Program-made: the position numbers and the translations under genes
Notes under the pieces: model-generated
Seen by the model: the letters and a program-made list of their open reading frames with translations, nothing else
What the model was told of the DNA's origin: nothing
The model's database searches: none
NCBI GenBank assembly: GCA_963842945.1
Contig: CAWJIM010000023.1
Coordinates: 352,001-416,000 of the forward strand
Length of the DNA stretch: 64,000 bases
Source of the DNA: an uncultured Gemmatimonadales bacterium
GTDB lineage: Bacteria > Gemmatimonadota > Gemmatimonadetes > Gemmatimonadales > GWC2-71-9
Reading direction: 5' to 3'
Shown: piece after piece, positions 42,805-54,137 of the stretch
Position numbering within the stretch: the stretch's first letter is position 1
Layout: every line of letters starts with the position of its first letter

Positions 42805-43649
42805 GCGCGACGCAGGTCCGACAGGCCTCGCGGCGGCGACGGTCGCCCTACTCTGACAAGCAGCACTATCAGGAGTACATCCTCCAGCGGATCGAGGGCT
42901 ACAAGAATTCGATCGGCAGAGACGAGCTGCTCCGCCTGGGCGACGAGGCCGCCAGCGAGCTGCAGGCGATCTCCGAGGGTCAGTTCGTGCTCACCGAGGT
43001 GCTGATGCTGGAATCGGTCGACCGGCTGATCATGAAGCGGCTATCGCTCAAGCCGTACCGCCGGTGGCGCCCGCAGTTCCTCAAGCTGCGCGCGGCCCAG
43101 CGCACTCCTACCCACTGGGGGCTGGACTCCCACTGCCCCGTCGCCGCCATTCTTCCTCGAATCGAGCCGGAAGACTCGGCGCTGGTCGTTGGCAGCGCCG
43201 CCGCACCGACCACCTACCTGCTCGCGGCGCACGATGCGGCGGTCACCTTCCTGGCCGGTGAGCTGGGGTGCGTGGAACGGGTGGAATCGCGCATGGCGGC
43301 GGAGGCTCTCTCCAGTCTGTTCGAGAGCTACGTCACGCACTTCGATCCCTGCCTGCCGGAGTTCCTCCACTTTCTGGATGGGTTCGACATTGTCATTCTC
43401 GACCCGGGCGTCCTGCTGCAGCTGGGAAGCGCGTGTCGCAACCGGCTGGTCTCCGACCTTCAACGACGCAGCCGTCCCGGCGGAGTCCACGTGCTCCTTC
43501 CCACCTGCGCCGCCCTGGCCCCGGACGCGCTCCGTTCCCTCTACCCCGATTGGAAACAGGAAGAGATCAAGCGCCGGAAACGCGGCACCCTTGCAAAGGC
43601 CGCTCCCGGACTGATTCTGTCCAAGCCGTGTCCCGCGGACACGGCATAG
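42798..43649 (+). CDS. Hypothetical protein with a degenerate class I SAM-methyltransferase-like C-terminal fold
   Basis: 283 aa, coupled to the CDF gene; ALVVGS, FDIVILD and RPGGVHVL resemble MTase motifs. Confidence 0.6.
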   Translation: MLSATQVRQASRRRRSPYSDKQHYQEYILQRIEGYKNSIGRDELLRLGDEAASELQAISEGQFVLTEVLMLESVDRLIMKRLSLKPYRRWRPQFLKLRAAQRTPTHWGLDSHCPVAAILPRIEPEDSALVVGSAAAPTTYLLAAHDAAVTFLAGELGCVERVESRMAAEALSSLFESYVTHFDPCLPEFLHFLDGFDIVILDPGVLLQLGSACRNRLVSDLQRRSRPGGVHVLLPTCAALAPDALRSLYPDWKQEEIKRRKRGTLAKAAPGLILSKPCPADTA

Positions 43650-43738
43650 CTGCCCGCCCGCGTCCGACCGACACGGCAAAACCCCGAGCTTACAAACCCG
43701 AAGTACAATCCCTGCTTCGACATACGGTCCCACTCCAT

Positions 43739-43755
43739 CCGGCACGGACGGTGCT
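43739..43755 (+). promoter_or_regulatory. Sigma-54 promoter candidate
   Basis: CCGGCACGGACGGTGCT, GG-N10-GC spacing, 40 nt upstream of a small ORF. Confidence 0.55.
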
Positions 43756-43794
43756 TCTAGTGCGGCCGTTGTCCCCCCTGGTAAGGAGAGGACC

Positions 43795-43968
43795 GTGACC
43801 CGAAGGACTTTCGTCGTGGCCCAGCCTGAACCGCTGGGGATTGTGATTCGGAGCGGCGCCCCACAGCCCAAGCCGGTGCGTTTCTGGGCCTACGTGTGGG
43901 CGACCGACGATGACGATGCGGTAGAGCTTCATTGGCATCAGAGGGTCCCCGCCGAGCACGCCGCGTAG
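43795..43968 (+). CDS. Small hypothetical protein (57 aa), below the ORF-track cutoff
   Basis: Strong RBS AAGGAGAGG then GTG; MTRRTFVVAQPEPLGIVIRSGAPQPKPVRFWAYVWATDDDDAVELHWHQRVPAEHAA. Confidence 0.6.
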   Translation: MTRRTFVVAQPEPLGIVIRSGAPQPKPVRFWAYVWATDDDDAVELHWHQRVPAEHAA

Positions 43969-44181
43969 GACCAGGCCCGCCTCACTGCGGTCGTGCGGCG
44001 CGCCGAAACGCCCCCGAGCTCCGGTTCGGGGGTGTTTGTACGTTTTGGCCAGTCGCCAGTGTCAGCCGTACCGATGAAGGTCCTTCAGCCGGGGACTGCG
44101 GACTGGCGACCTGTGACTCTACTTGCTCTGCACACTTTTCCCGTCTAAACTCGACTTATCAACACCCTCGAAACGGTTGCA

Positions 44182-47180
44182 ATGCCTACCCTGACGGTCA
44201 ACGGCAAATCCATCCCCTTCGAACCCGGCGCCACCATTCTGGAAGCGGCGCGCACCGTTGGTATCGAGATTCCGACGCTGTGCTGGTACCCCAAGCTGCC
44301 CATCGTCGGCAACTGCCGGATCTGCCTGGTTTCGGTGCAGGGCCAAAACAAACTGCTGCCGGCCTGCGCGACCCCTGCGGCCGATGGCATGGTGGTGGAT
44401 ACAGAATCGAAACCGGCAGTGGACAGCCGGCGCGGTGTGCTCGATTTCCTGCTGGAGCGCTATCCCGGCGAGCATCTGCTCAACCAAGCCCCTCACCCAT
44501 CGAACGGCGGCAACGGATCCACACGGCGAGGTCGCCGGAGGCAACGGCGGCCGGTCGCACCCCCGGAACGAATTCGAACGCTATGTGGTGCAGTACGACG
44601 TCCCGGTGCGTTCCCATCACGAGCTGCCCCTGCGCACCGGAGATGAGCGACCCGGCGACGTGATGATCCAGCACGACATGAGCACCTGTATTCTCTGCAC
44701 CCGCTGCGTGCGGGCCTGCGAGGACATTCAGGAAGTGGGGGTGCTCGACGTCGCCATGCGGGGCGAGCATGCCCAGATCATCGTAGGCGGCGACGGCGAC
44801 CCGGACCATGCCGGCTGTACCTGGTGCGGCGAATGCGTGCGAGTCTGCCCTACCGGCGCCATCTTCGAGTTCATTCCCAAACAGCGTTTCGGCAGTGATG
44901 CGCTTCGCGCACCGGACCGGGTAGTCCGATCGGTCTGTCCCTACTGCGCTGTGGGATGTCAACTCGACCTCCACGTCAAAGACGACACCGTCATGCGGGT
45001 CACCTCGCCCTGGATCGAGGAAGCCACGCCCAACCAGGGCTCCACCTGCGTGAAGGGACGTTTCGGCTACGACTTCCCCCAGCATCGGGACCGGCTTACC
45101 ACGCCCCTCATCCGCAAGGGTTGGACGTTCCAGGACGGCCGCTGGGTCTGGACCGGCGAGTGGCCGAGGCACCGGGAAGGGCCCTGGCTCACCATCGAGG
45201 AGATGGGCGGACGGAAGAAACCCAGGCCGCCGCTCCGGCAGGTCGGCAAGCCGCCGCTCACGGGCATTCCGCAGCTGGGCGACGACGACGTGCGAGACCG
45301 CGTGGCCACGCCTGCCGGCTGGTACAGCGCCTTTCGCGAGGCCACTTGGGAGGAGGCACTGAGTCTCGCGGCCCAGGAGATCCTGAGGATTCGGGATCAA
45401 CACGGGCCTCGCGCTCTGGGCGCGCTCTCGTCGGCCAAGTGCAGCAATGAAGACAACTACGCGTTCATGCGTATGGTGCGAGGTGCCTTCCGGACCAACA
45501 GCGTGGACCACTGCACCCGGCTCTGCCACAGCACCTCGGTGTCTGCTATGAACCGGGCGCTCAACACGGCAGCGGCTTCAGGCTCCATGCGCGAGATCGA
45601 AGAGGCCACCGACGTCATTTTTATTGCGGGCGCCAACACGACCGAATCACATCCGGTCTTCGGTGCGCTGATCAAGCGCGCGGTGGCGCGCGGCGCCAAG
45701 CTGATCGTGGCCGATGTGCGCCGGGTCGAGCTTGCCGAGCTGGCCGATATCCACCTGCAGATGCTCCCCGGCACTGATGTGGCCTTGTTCAATACCATGT
45801 TGCATCACATCATCGACGCCGGTCTCACCGACCCCACCTTCATTGCCCAACGCACCCGCGAGTTCGAGAAAGTAGCGGCCGCGGTCCGGCCCTACACCCT
45901 GCAGATGGGCGAGAAGATCACCGGGATCCCGCGGGAGACTATCCGACAGGCGGCGGAGATGTATGCCCGGGGCCCCCGCACCTCCACCCTCTGGGCCATG
46001 GGTCTCACCCAGCACGCCACCGGCACCGACATCGTGGCGAGTTTGCTCAATCTGCTCCTGGCCTGCGGAATGATCGGGAAGTGGGGCGCCCAGATGATGC
46101 CGATTCGGGGACAGAACAACGTCCAGGGTGCCAGCGACGTCGGGGCCATTCCGTTCGCCTATACCGACTACCGGCCGGTTTCCCAGCCCGCCAACCGGGC
46201 GGAGTACGCGCGGGCGTGGGGAGTGCCCGAGGAGAACCTTGTCGCTGGAAGACGGCATGATGGTGACGGAAATGACCCGGGATGACAGCCCCATTCGCGG
46301 TCTCTACATCATGGGCGAGAACCCGGTGATCTCCGATCCGAATATCGCTCACGCGGAGGCATGGGTACGAGGGCTCGAGTTTCTGGCGGTGCAGGACCTC
46401 TTCCTTACCGAGACCGCGCGTTGGGCCGACGTGGTGCTGCCCGGCTCCTCCTTCGCCGAGAAGACAGGCACCTACGTGAACACCGAGCGGCGGATCCAGC
46501 TGGCTCAGGCCGCGCTCGACCCGCCGGGCGAAGCCAGACGGGACCTCGATATTCTCATCGAGCTCAGCAATCGACTCGGTCTGAAAACGACCTGGCCGGG
46601 ACCCGAGACTGTCATGCAGGAGATCGCCTCGGTGACTCCGTCGTGGCGGGGGGTCACCTACCAGGGACTGAAAGGCAGCGGACTCCAGTATCCGGTTCTT
46701 ACCCGGGAGTCCAAAGGCGCTGCCTTCCTCTTTGCCGATGCGTTTCCCACCGCAGACGGCAAGGGGATCTTCGTTCCGGTGGAGTACGTAGCCCCCGAAG
46801 AGCTGCCCGACGAGGAGTATCCCTTCATCATGAACACCGGACGCCAGATGTACCACTGGCATACCGGAACCATGACCCGGCGGTCCACCGGACTGGACTC
46901 ACGCGAGCCGGTCCCCGTGGTCGACATCAACCCTCGGGATGCCCTTGAGCTCGGGATTGATGAGGGAGACACGGTCCGCGTGACCTCCCGCCGCGGCTCC
47001 ATGTTGATCGGAGCCCGACTCTCCGAGCGTCAGGCCCGGGGACAGATCTTCATTCCGTTCCACTTCCGGGAAGCCGCGGCCAACCTGCTCACCAATCCGC
47101 GGCTGGATCCCTACGCCAAGATCGCCGAGTTCAAGATCAGCGCGGTGCGGGTGGAGCCCGAGATGGTGTTGATGGATTAA
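44182..47180 (+). CDS. Formate dehydrogenase alpha subunit-like Mo/W-bisPGD oxidoreductase with N-terminal Fe-S domains; apparent frameshifts near 44530 and 46240
   Basis: IPTLC..GNCRICLV..PAC (2Fe-2S), CILCTRCVRAC, CTWCGECVRVCPTG, CPYCAVGC, VDHCTRLCH (Cys ligand), RGQNNVQG, TGRQMYHWHTG. Confidence 0.9.
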
Positions 47181-47201
47181 GGGCGTCTTATATTCTCCCC
47201 C

Positions 47202-48242
47202 ATGCGCGCCCTGGTCAAAGAGTCCGCCGGTCCCGGCATTGTTCTCCGCGATGTGCCGGTTCCCACCTGTGGACCGACGGAAGCGCTGATCCAGGTTCAT
47301 CACGCCGGTGTCTGTGGAACCGACCTTCACATCTGGGAATGGGACAGCTGGGCCAGCAACCGGCTCAAGCCGCCGGTCGTGATTGGGCACGAGTTTGCCG
47401 GCCGCATCACCCAGCTGGGCAAGGAGGCCGCGCAGGACAACCTGCTCGCGGTGGACGATCTCGTCACCGCCGAGGGTCACGTCGTCTGCGGACATTGCCT
47501 GCAGTGCCGCCTCGGTGACGGTCATCTCTGCCGGAGGACCCAGATCATCGGGGTCGATCGGGATGGCGCGTTCGCCGATTTCATCGTCATGCCCGCCTCC
47601 AACGTCATCAAGCTCGACGGCATCCCCACCGAGATCGGCGCCATCATGGATCCCCTGGGCAACGCGGTTCACACCGTGCTCGAGGCGCAGGTACCGGGCA
47701 GCACCGTGCTGGTGCTCGGCTGTGGCCCGATCGGATGCTTCGCGGTGGGAGTCGCGCGGGCGGCCGGAGCATCCCTGGTCATAGCCAGCGACTTCAACCC
47801 TACCCGGCTCGAGCTCGCCCGGGAGATGGGCGCCCAGGTCACTCTGAATCCTGGAACAGACGACGTGGTGGCTCGCGTCCGCGAGTTGACCGATGGAGAT
47901 GGCGTCGATCTAGTGTGTGAAATGAGCGGACATCCCAGCGGGCATGCTCAGGCTCTGGCCGCGGCTCGAATGGGAGGACGGGTCAACCTGCTGGGGACGC
48001 CCAACCGGACCACGGAAGTGGATTTTGCCCGCGATATCATCTTCAAGGGGCTCACCCTGTACGGTGTGACCGGCCGGAAAATGTACCAGACATGGCATCA
48101 GATGCGCCGATTCCTTCGGGCCGGTCAGCTGGATCCGCGGCCGGTGATCACCCATCGATTTCCGCTGGAGTGCATCCGGGACGCCATTCAGGTGATCAAG
48201 GATGGCCAGGCGGGCAAGGTGATTCTGGAGATCGGCTCATGA
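47202..48242 (+). CDS. tdh: L-threonine 3-dehydrogenase
   Basis: GVCGTDLHIWEWD, GHEFAG, AEGHVVCGHCLQC, DPLGNAVHT, GCGPIG; adjacent to kbl. Confidence 0.96.
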   Translation: MRALVKESAGPGIVLRDVPVPTCGPTEALIQVHHAGVCGTDLHIWEWDSWASNRLKPPVVIGHEFAGRITQLGKEAAQDNLLAVDDLVTAEGHVVCGHCLQCRLGDGHLCRRTQIIGVDRDGAFADFIVMPASNVIKLDGIPTEIGAIMDPLGNAVHTVLEAQVPGSTVLVLGCGPIGCFAVGVARAAGASLVIASDFNPTRLELAREMGAQVTLNPGTDDVVARVRELTDGDGVDLVCEMSGHPSGHAQALAAARMGGRVNLLGTPNRTTEVDFARDIIFKGLTLYGVTGRKMYQTWHQMRRFLRAGQLDPRPVITHRFPLECIRDAIQVIKDGQAGKVILEIGS

Positions 48243-49438
48243 CCAACGCGCTGGAACAGCGAATCGAGCCCGAGCTGGAGCAGTTCATCCAGAACGGCAC
48301 CTACAAGCGACTCAACTACCTCGATAGCCCGCAGGCGGCCCGGGTCCGGATGGAGGATAGGGGCGAGGTCATCATCCTGTCGTCCAACAATTACCTCGGG
48401 CTTTCCAACCAGCCCTCGGTTGTGGCTGCCGGCAAGAATGCGCTCGAGCGATTTGGCGCCGGCACCGCCTCCGTCCGTTTCATCTGCGGCACCTTCACCA
48501 TTCACCGCGTCCTGGAAGCAGCCTGCGCCCGGCTGGTGGGGACACCGGCATCACTCTCGTTCGTCAGCGCCTGGAACGCCAACGAGGCGGTTCCCGCGAC
48601 TGTCCTGACCCAGGATGACCTGATCATCAGCGATCAACTGAATCATGCCTCCATCATCGATGCCGTGAGGCTGGCCAAGGCCATCACGAAGTGCCAGAGC
48701 GCGGTATATCAGCATTCCGATCTGAGCGATCTCCAGGTAAAACTCGCCGCGGCGCGGGACCGCCGAGTGAAGATGGTAGTAACCGACGGCGTCTTCTCGA
48801 TGGAAGGCGCGATCGCCAAGCTCCCCGACCTGATCGAGCTCTGTCGCAAGCACCAGGCGGTGCTGGTGGTGGATGACTCGCACGGAACCGGCGTCCTGGG
48901 AAAGCACGGGCGGGGCACAGCAGAACACTTTGGCGTGCTGGGGGAGGTCGACATGATCACCTCCACCCTCGGCAAGGCGCTCGGAGGCGCCGCCGGTGGG
49001 TTCGTGGCCGCTTCGGCGGCCGTTTGCGACTACCTGACTCAACGCGCGCGGCCCCAGCTCTTCTCCAATGCCTTGCCACCAACGGTCGCGGCAAGTGCGC
49101 TCGCCAGTATCGAGTACCTGGAGCAGCATCCTGAGCTCATTACCGCCTTACGCGAAAACGCTCGTTACTTCCGCGATCAGCTCCTCGGGCTGGGCTTTCG
49201 GCCTCTTCCCGGCGAGACCCCGATTATCCCGGTAATCTTGGGCGAGACGGCCGCGGCCATCCGGATGAGCGATCTATTGTTGAAGGAGGGCGTTTTTGTC
49301 ACCGGCTTCGGTTATCCGGTGGTCCCTCAGGGTCAGGCACGAGTGCGGTGCCAGATCTCGGCAGCCCATACCCGTGCTGACCTGGACCAGGCTCTGGCGG
49401 CGTTTCGTAAGGTAGGAAAGCAGCTTGGACTCATCTGA
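48239..49438 (+). CDS. kbl: Glycine C-acetyltransferase (2-amino-3-ketobutyrate CoA ligase)
   Basis: SNNYLGL, SVRFICGT, LNHASIID, TDGVFSMEG, DDSHGTG, TLGKALGG, ARVRCQISA. Confidence 0.94.
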   Translation: MTNALEQRIEPELEQFIQNGTYKRLNYLDSPQAARVRMEDRGEVIILSSNNYLGLSNQPSVVAAGKNALERFGAGTASVRFICGTFTIHRVLEAACARLVGTPASLSFVSAWNANEAVPATVLTQDDLIISDQLNHASIIDAVRLAKAITKCQSAVYQHSDLSDLQVKLAAARDRRVKMVVTDGVFSMEGAIAKLPDLIELCRKHQAVLVVDDSHGTGVLGKHGRGTAEHFGVLGEVDMITSTLGKALGGAAGGFVAASAAVCDYLTQRARPQLFSNALPPTVAASALASIEYLEQHPELITALRENARYFRDQLLGLGFRPLPGETPIIPVILGETAAAIRMSDLLLKEGVFVTGFGYPVVPQGQARVRCQISAAHTRADLDQALAAFRKVGKQLGLI

Positions 49439-49679
49439 CCTCATCATGACACTCGGCCCACTCCTTGCACTTCCCCCCCTCTCGACGGGCCTGGGAGGAT
49501 TGGCGAGAGCGATCTAAGTCATTGCCAGCCAGTATTGTAGCACGGCGCTTTTTTAGCCCGCCACTACCTCCCCTCTCCCGTAGTCCAAGCACGAGTTCCC
49601 GCATTTTGACGTACCGCGCGAAGCGGCACCGGTAAGCGCCAGGAAGGTCCTGGTGCAGACACTCTACGGAGGCAGTCTG

Positions 49680-50348
49680 ATGCGTATGGTCACCCGGATT
49701 TTCCCAGTCGTGGCGCTGGCCCTCGGCTTGGGGGCGGCCCAACTCTCGGCTCAGGAGCCGGGCGGCGGCACCTTTCAGTGGTATATCGGCGGCCAGGGTG
49801 GCGTCATGAATTTCAAAGCATCCGCCCAGGATCGAGACAACATTCCGATGGCTGGTGGCCACCTGCTGGTCGTAGCTAAGCGCACCGGGCTGCTGCTCTC
49901 TGTAGAGCAGGGATTCGGGTCGGATCAACTGGCTTTCTTCACTGACGGCGTCGGCACCACCCATGCCGTCACGTTCGATGGCATCCGAAGGTACTCCGGC
50001 TCGCTAATGGCGTTTCCTTTGCGGTTACCCATCCAGCCCTACTTCGGATTGGGCCTCGGCATCCAGCACGTGGTGAACCCCGTGAGTGATGGGCTGCAGG
50101 AGGCCGCCGTGGAAGTCGGCTCGGCCGGCTTCATGCTATTTCTCGGTGGAGTTCAGTTCAAGCTTTCGCGCTTCGTGGGCTTCGGCCAGGCGCAGGTCAC
50201 ATCAGCGTCAGCAGTCCAGCAGTCGTCGGGATTCGGTGCCAATGTGGGAACCGGCCGGCTGGTGGAAGGCCCCACCTACACCTTGTCCGCCGGACTGCGT
50301 ATCGGTCTCGGCAATGCTCGGGAGCGCGCCAGCGGCGGCGGATACTGA
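49680..50348 (+). CDS. Exported outer-membrane beta-barrel-like protein
   Basis: Signal peptide ending LSA-QE, alternating hydrophobic strands, QPYFGLGLG, terminal LSAGLRIGL. Confidence 0.7.
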   Translation: MRMVTRIFPVVALALGLGAAQLSAQEPGGGTFQWYIGGQGGVMNFKASAQDRDNIPMAGGHLLVVAKRTGLLLSVEQGFGSDQLAFFTDGVGTTHAVTFDGIRRYSGSLMAFPLRLPIQPYFGLGLGIQHVVNPVSDGLQEAAVEVGSAGFMLFLGGVQFKLSRFVGFGQAQVTSASAVQQSSGFGANVGTGRLVEGPTYTLSAGLRIGLGNARERASGGGY

Positions 50349-50361
50349 TCTAATCGGATGG

Positions 50362-50997
50362 CTATTCGGGCGGGAGATCGCGAGATCTCCCGCCCGTTTC
50401 TTTGCGGGATGTCCACGGCGAACCGGCCACATGAAAGCGGAGCGGCCAGTCTGCCGCCTTGGTAATGCCGATTCGTGGCGTTACCGCAACCCGCGGCTGC
50501 TCCCATGCTGTGGGGGGGCGCACGATGACCGAGCTCCGCGCCATTCTGGTGCCGTCGAGCGAGCGATCGAAGCCCAGTGCCTGACACAGTTTTCCCGGCC
50601 CCGAGCACAGGTCCTTGGTCTCCACGCCCCTTCTTCGCCGCCGCATCACGTCCAGACCCTCGATTGGCTCCAGCGCACGCAGCAATACCGCGCTGGCCAG
50701 TCCGCGGCGCTGGCAGACCAGGTTGGCACACCAGTGCATGCCGTACGACAGATACACGTACCAGAAGCCTGGAGGACCGAAGAGGGCCAGGTTACGAGCA
50801 TTGCGCCGGTGCCGATAGCCGTGTGAGGCGGGGTCGTCGTAGCCGAGATAGGCTTCGGTCTCGACGATCCTGCCCTCCGTCACCTCACCGCCGACCGTGG
50901 ACACCACCATCATCCCCAGCAGCTCGGCGGCTACCTGTTCGGTAGGACGAACAAAAAAAGAGACGGGCAGCGTGGCTGCCCGTCGGACCTGGCTCAT
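50362..50997 (-). CDS. DNA-3-methyladenine glycosylase (MPG/AAG family)
   Basis: GRIVETEAYLG, YVYLSYGMHWCAN, AVLLRALEP, GPGKLCQALG, PRIGI. Confidence 0.95.
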   Translation of the reverse strand: MSQVRRAATLPVSFFVRPTEQVAAELLGMMVVSTVGGEVTEGRIVETEAYLGYDDPASHGYRHRRNARNLALFGPPGFWYVYLSYGMHWCANLVCQRRGLASAVLLRALEPIEGLDVMRRRRRGVETKDLCSGPGKLCQALGFDRSLDGTRMARSSVIVRPPTAWEQPRVAVTPRIGITKAADWPLRFHVAGSPWTSRKETGGRSRDLPPE

Positions 50998-52662
50998 TCC
51001 GGCTTTTTCCGGCTGCGCGTTCGGGCGCGCTTGGGAGGAGCTGCCTTGGCCGAGGCCTCGGCCGCGGCTTCGCCGGTCGGAGTGATGGCGGGCATCTCTG
51101 AGGGGGCAGCGGCTCGCTTCCGGGGGCGGCGTGGCCGCGGCCGTTTGGCCGGCGTCTCGGCCGGAGACTCGGCCTCAGTGCCAGCAGCCGTAGCCATGCC
51201 GTCGGGCTCACGGGCCTGGGCCGGCTCCGCCGGTGGCTCGATCCGAACGACGCCGATGAGCGGGATCTCACCCCCCCGGCTCGGACCCCTCGAACCCCGA
51301 CGGAACCGCACCCCGAATCGCTGGCCGTTATCCCGCTGGCCTGGAGCGCCGGCATCCTGGGTGGCGTCCGGGTTGGGCGGGGCAGGTTGCAGCTCCTCGG
51401 TGGGGAGCGCAGGCGGAGTGGCAGCACGCGTCGAACCACCTTGCGCCGAAATTTCGTAATCGTCGTCGCCCACCTTCCGGACGTCGGCGACTTCGGCGTC
51501 GTTGGCCTGTCTCAGGAGGCGAGGGAAACGGGCGGCATCGAGTAGCGCGTCCTCTCGGCCGTGCATGGCCACCATCCGGAGCCGTAGTGCCTCTTGGCCG
51601 ACCGGAGAGCGAAACTCCGAAAGGGCCTGCGACATCAGCTGGAAGGCCCGAGCCAGGGTGAGGCCGCTGTCCGGCCGTTCTTCCCGGGCGCGCGCGCCGT
51701 CGCGCCGGGAACCTCCGTTCATACGATCGCGAGGCGGCGCTCCTTCCCGCCCCGAGCGATCCCGTCCTCCCCGTCCCCGGCGTCCCCGTCGGCTCCGACC
51801 CCCATCTTCCCTGCCCCGGACGCGGCCCGACGCATCCTCCCGTCCCACCTCGCTCGGTAGCTGCACTGTGGGTTCTGTGCCCGGCGCATTCCCGCCAGGG
51901 CCAGGAGCGACTTCGTACTGCCCGTTGTCCAGCTTGGTGATCAGGACGACGCCCCGATGACCCGGCCTCGATGACGAACTTGCTGAAGCGGTTAAACCCG
52001 GCGTTGCGCTCGTCGAAGTTGGGATCGATCTGTTGCATGACCTGCTTGAGCCGGTCGGAGCGCATTACATCCCCGTTGCGGGCCATCTGCGCAACCGCCT
52101 CTGTGGCCAGCTCCCACGGGTCCCGCTGGGTGGACGGAGTGTCGACCTCCTTGGTAAGACCGGCCAGATCGTTGTACGAGTAGTACTCATCGCAGTTCTG
52201 AATCAGCAGATCGCTGGCCGATTCGCGTATCCCCACTCCGATGACGTACTTCCCGTACTCCTTCAGCTTGATGACCATGGTGGAGAAGTCGCTGTCGCCG
52301 GAGAGCAGGATGAAGGTCCCGATTTCCGGCCGGGTAAACACCAGCTCTATGGCATCGATGGCCAGCCGAATGTCCGTGGCGTTTTTCTTACTGGACCCGA
52401 ACGCCGGCGCAAAGATGAGATCGATGGAGGATTCGGACAGCGGAACGATGTACTGCGGATAGCGGCGCCAGTCGGCATAGGCGCGTTGTACGGCGACTTT
52501 GCCTTTGATGATGTCGCTGTTGAGCAGGGTGCGAAGTTCTTTCGTCAGGTCCTTCTGAATGCCCAGCGTGACGTTGTCGAAGTCAATCAGGAGGGCGGCG
52601 TGCGGTGCATGGACGGGGGGCTGACTCAGATGTCGGCCCGGCCGAATTAGCGGTCGGTTCAC
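50994..52662 (-). CDS. NYN domain protein with OST-HTH/LOTUS domains; apparent frameshift near 51960
   Basis: LIDFDN, AYADW, KNATDIRLAIDA, LSGDSDF, NFDERNAGFNRFSKF. Confidence 0.9.
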
Positions 52663-52967
52663 TAGGCGCTCGGTGTCAGGCCAACCTCCTGCGCGAGCCC
52701 TCTCGCCGCACCAGCCGGCATGCGGCAGTGATTCGGGAGCTCACGAGGCCGGGAGACCTCTTGTGAAGGCGCGGAGCAGAACCTCTTTGGTTCTCGCTTG
52801 CCTGCGCCGGAGTTGGGTCGGCTCTCACGGACATCGGGTACCGGCCACGGCGGCCGTGCCATGATGCCATCCCAGGATTATGCCAGCATCGATGAGACGC
52901 CGCCCGGGGCCGCCCGGCACGTCCATATCGGCTAGCTGGAACAATTTATCGAGGGGACCGAAGGAGA

Positions 52968-54137
52968 TCAACCGAACTGGGTCTCGCCGGCGGGCGGCAG
53001 GTCCAGGGCAAAATAGAACCGGGTTCCGTAGCCAGGCGCCGTCTCGACCTGCAGCACTGATCCCATGGCCTCGACCAGCTTTCGACAGATGGAAAGACCC
53101 AGCCCGGATCCGGAGAACGTATATTCGCCCAGCTTCTGTCTCCGTCTGAAAGGCTCGAAGAGGGTGGCCATGGACTGAGGCGGTATCCCCCGGCCGGTGT
53201 CTCGAACCGAGAACTCGATGCAGCGGGAGTTCCGGGCAACCGGCACTCACCTCCACCGAGCCTTCGGCGGTGAACTTGAGAGCATTGGTGGTCAGGTTGA
53301 GCAGCACCCGGCTCAAGGCCACCGGATGTCCAATCCGAAAGTCGGCGTCCGGCGACGTGACCTTCACCTGCAGGTTCTTCTCTTCCGCAATCGGCTGAAC
53401 GATGTCACGAACCGATTCCAGAATGTCCGTCACCGAGAACGGAATCGGGTCCAGATCCACCAGACGATCACCGCCGCGGGCCAACTCGATCACGTCGCTC
53501 GCGACGGAGCTGAGTCCAAACGCAGCGCTGTATATCAGGCCGAGCTGCCGTTCCTGAACCGGGTTGACCGAGCCGCTGCGACCGCGCTGCAGGGTTTCCG
53601 CCAGGAAGAGAATCGAGGTGAGGGGCGAGCGCAGGTCGTGCGCCACCTCCACGACCAGTTCCAGGCCATCCGGGGCGGAAAGCCGGTCGGTAAAATGCTG
53701 TGACCAGTCGGCCTCCAGATGCTCGGCAACAACCTCGATCGCATGAAGAACTCTGAGCAGCTGGGCAGGGTCGGGCGAGGGAAGGCTGCGCCCCGGGTGA
53801 TGAAGGCACCGCGAATCAGCCCCAGCAGGCGCCGAGAGAGGCGTTGCGGGGGACCGAACTGAGGTCGGCGGAGGTACCGGTTGCCTCCTGGCGAATGGCC
53901 GCGCTGAGATGGGCCAGGTGAGTGCGTGGCCTCCTCGGCTCCCGCGGCGTGCTCGGCCACTCGCTCCCACTCGGCCTCGGCCCACAACACCGAGTCGCGC
54001 AACGCATCCCAGAGGATGGGTGCGACGGGAGCGGAAGGTCCGTTGGGGTCCCAGGCGTGGACCGGTGCCCGCGGCTCCTGGGCTGCCCGGCGGCGCTCTC
54101 CGCTCGACGAGGCGGGCAGGAGCGTCTCAGGGGTCAC
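52968..54137 (-). CDS. Cytoplasmic histidine kinase; apparent frameshifts
   Basis: EVAHDLRSPLTSI, NLTTNALKFT, DTGRGI, GSGLGLSICRKL across frames; start overlaps the upstream stop. Confidence 0.85.

Noticed and set aside
45500..45535. Selenocysteine recoding in the FDH-like gene
   Set aside because: The ligand position is a TGC Cys codon in DHCTRLCH, with no in-frame TGA
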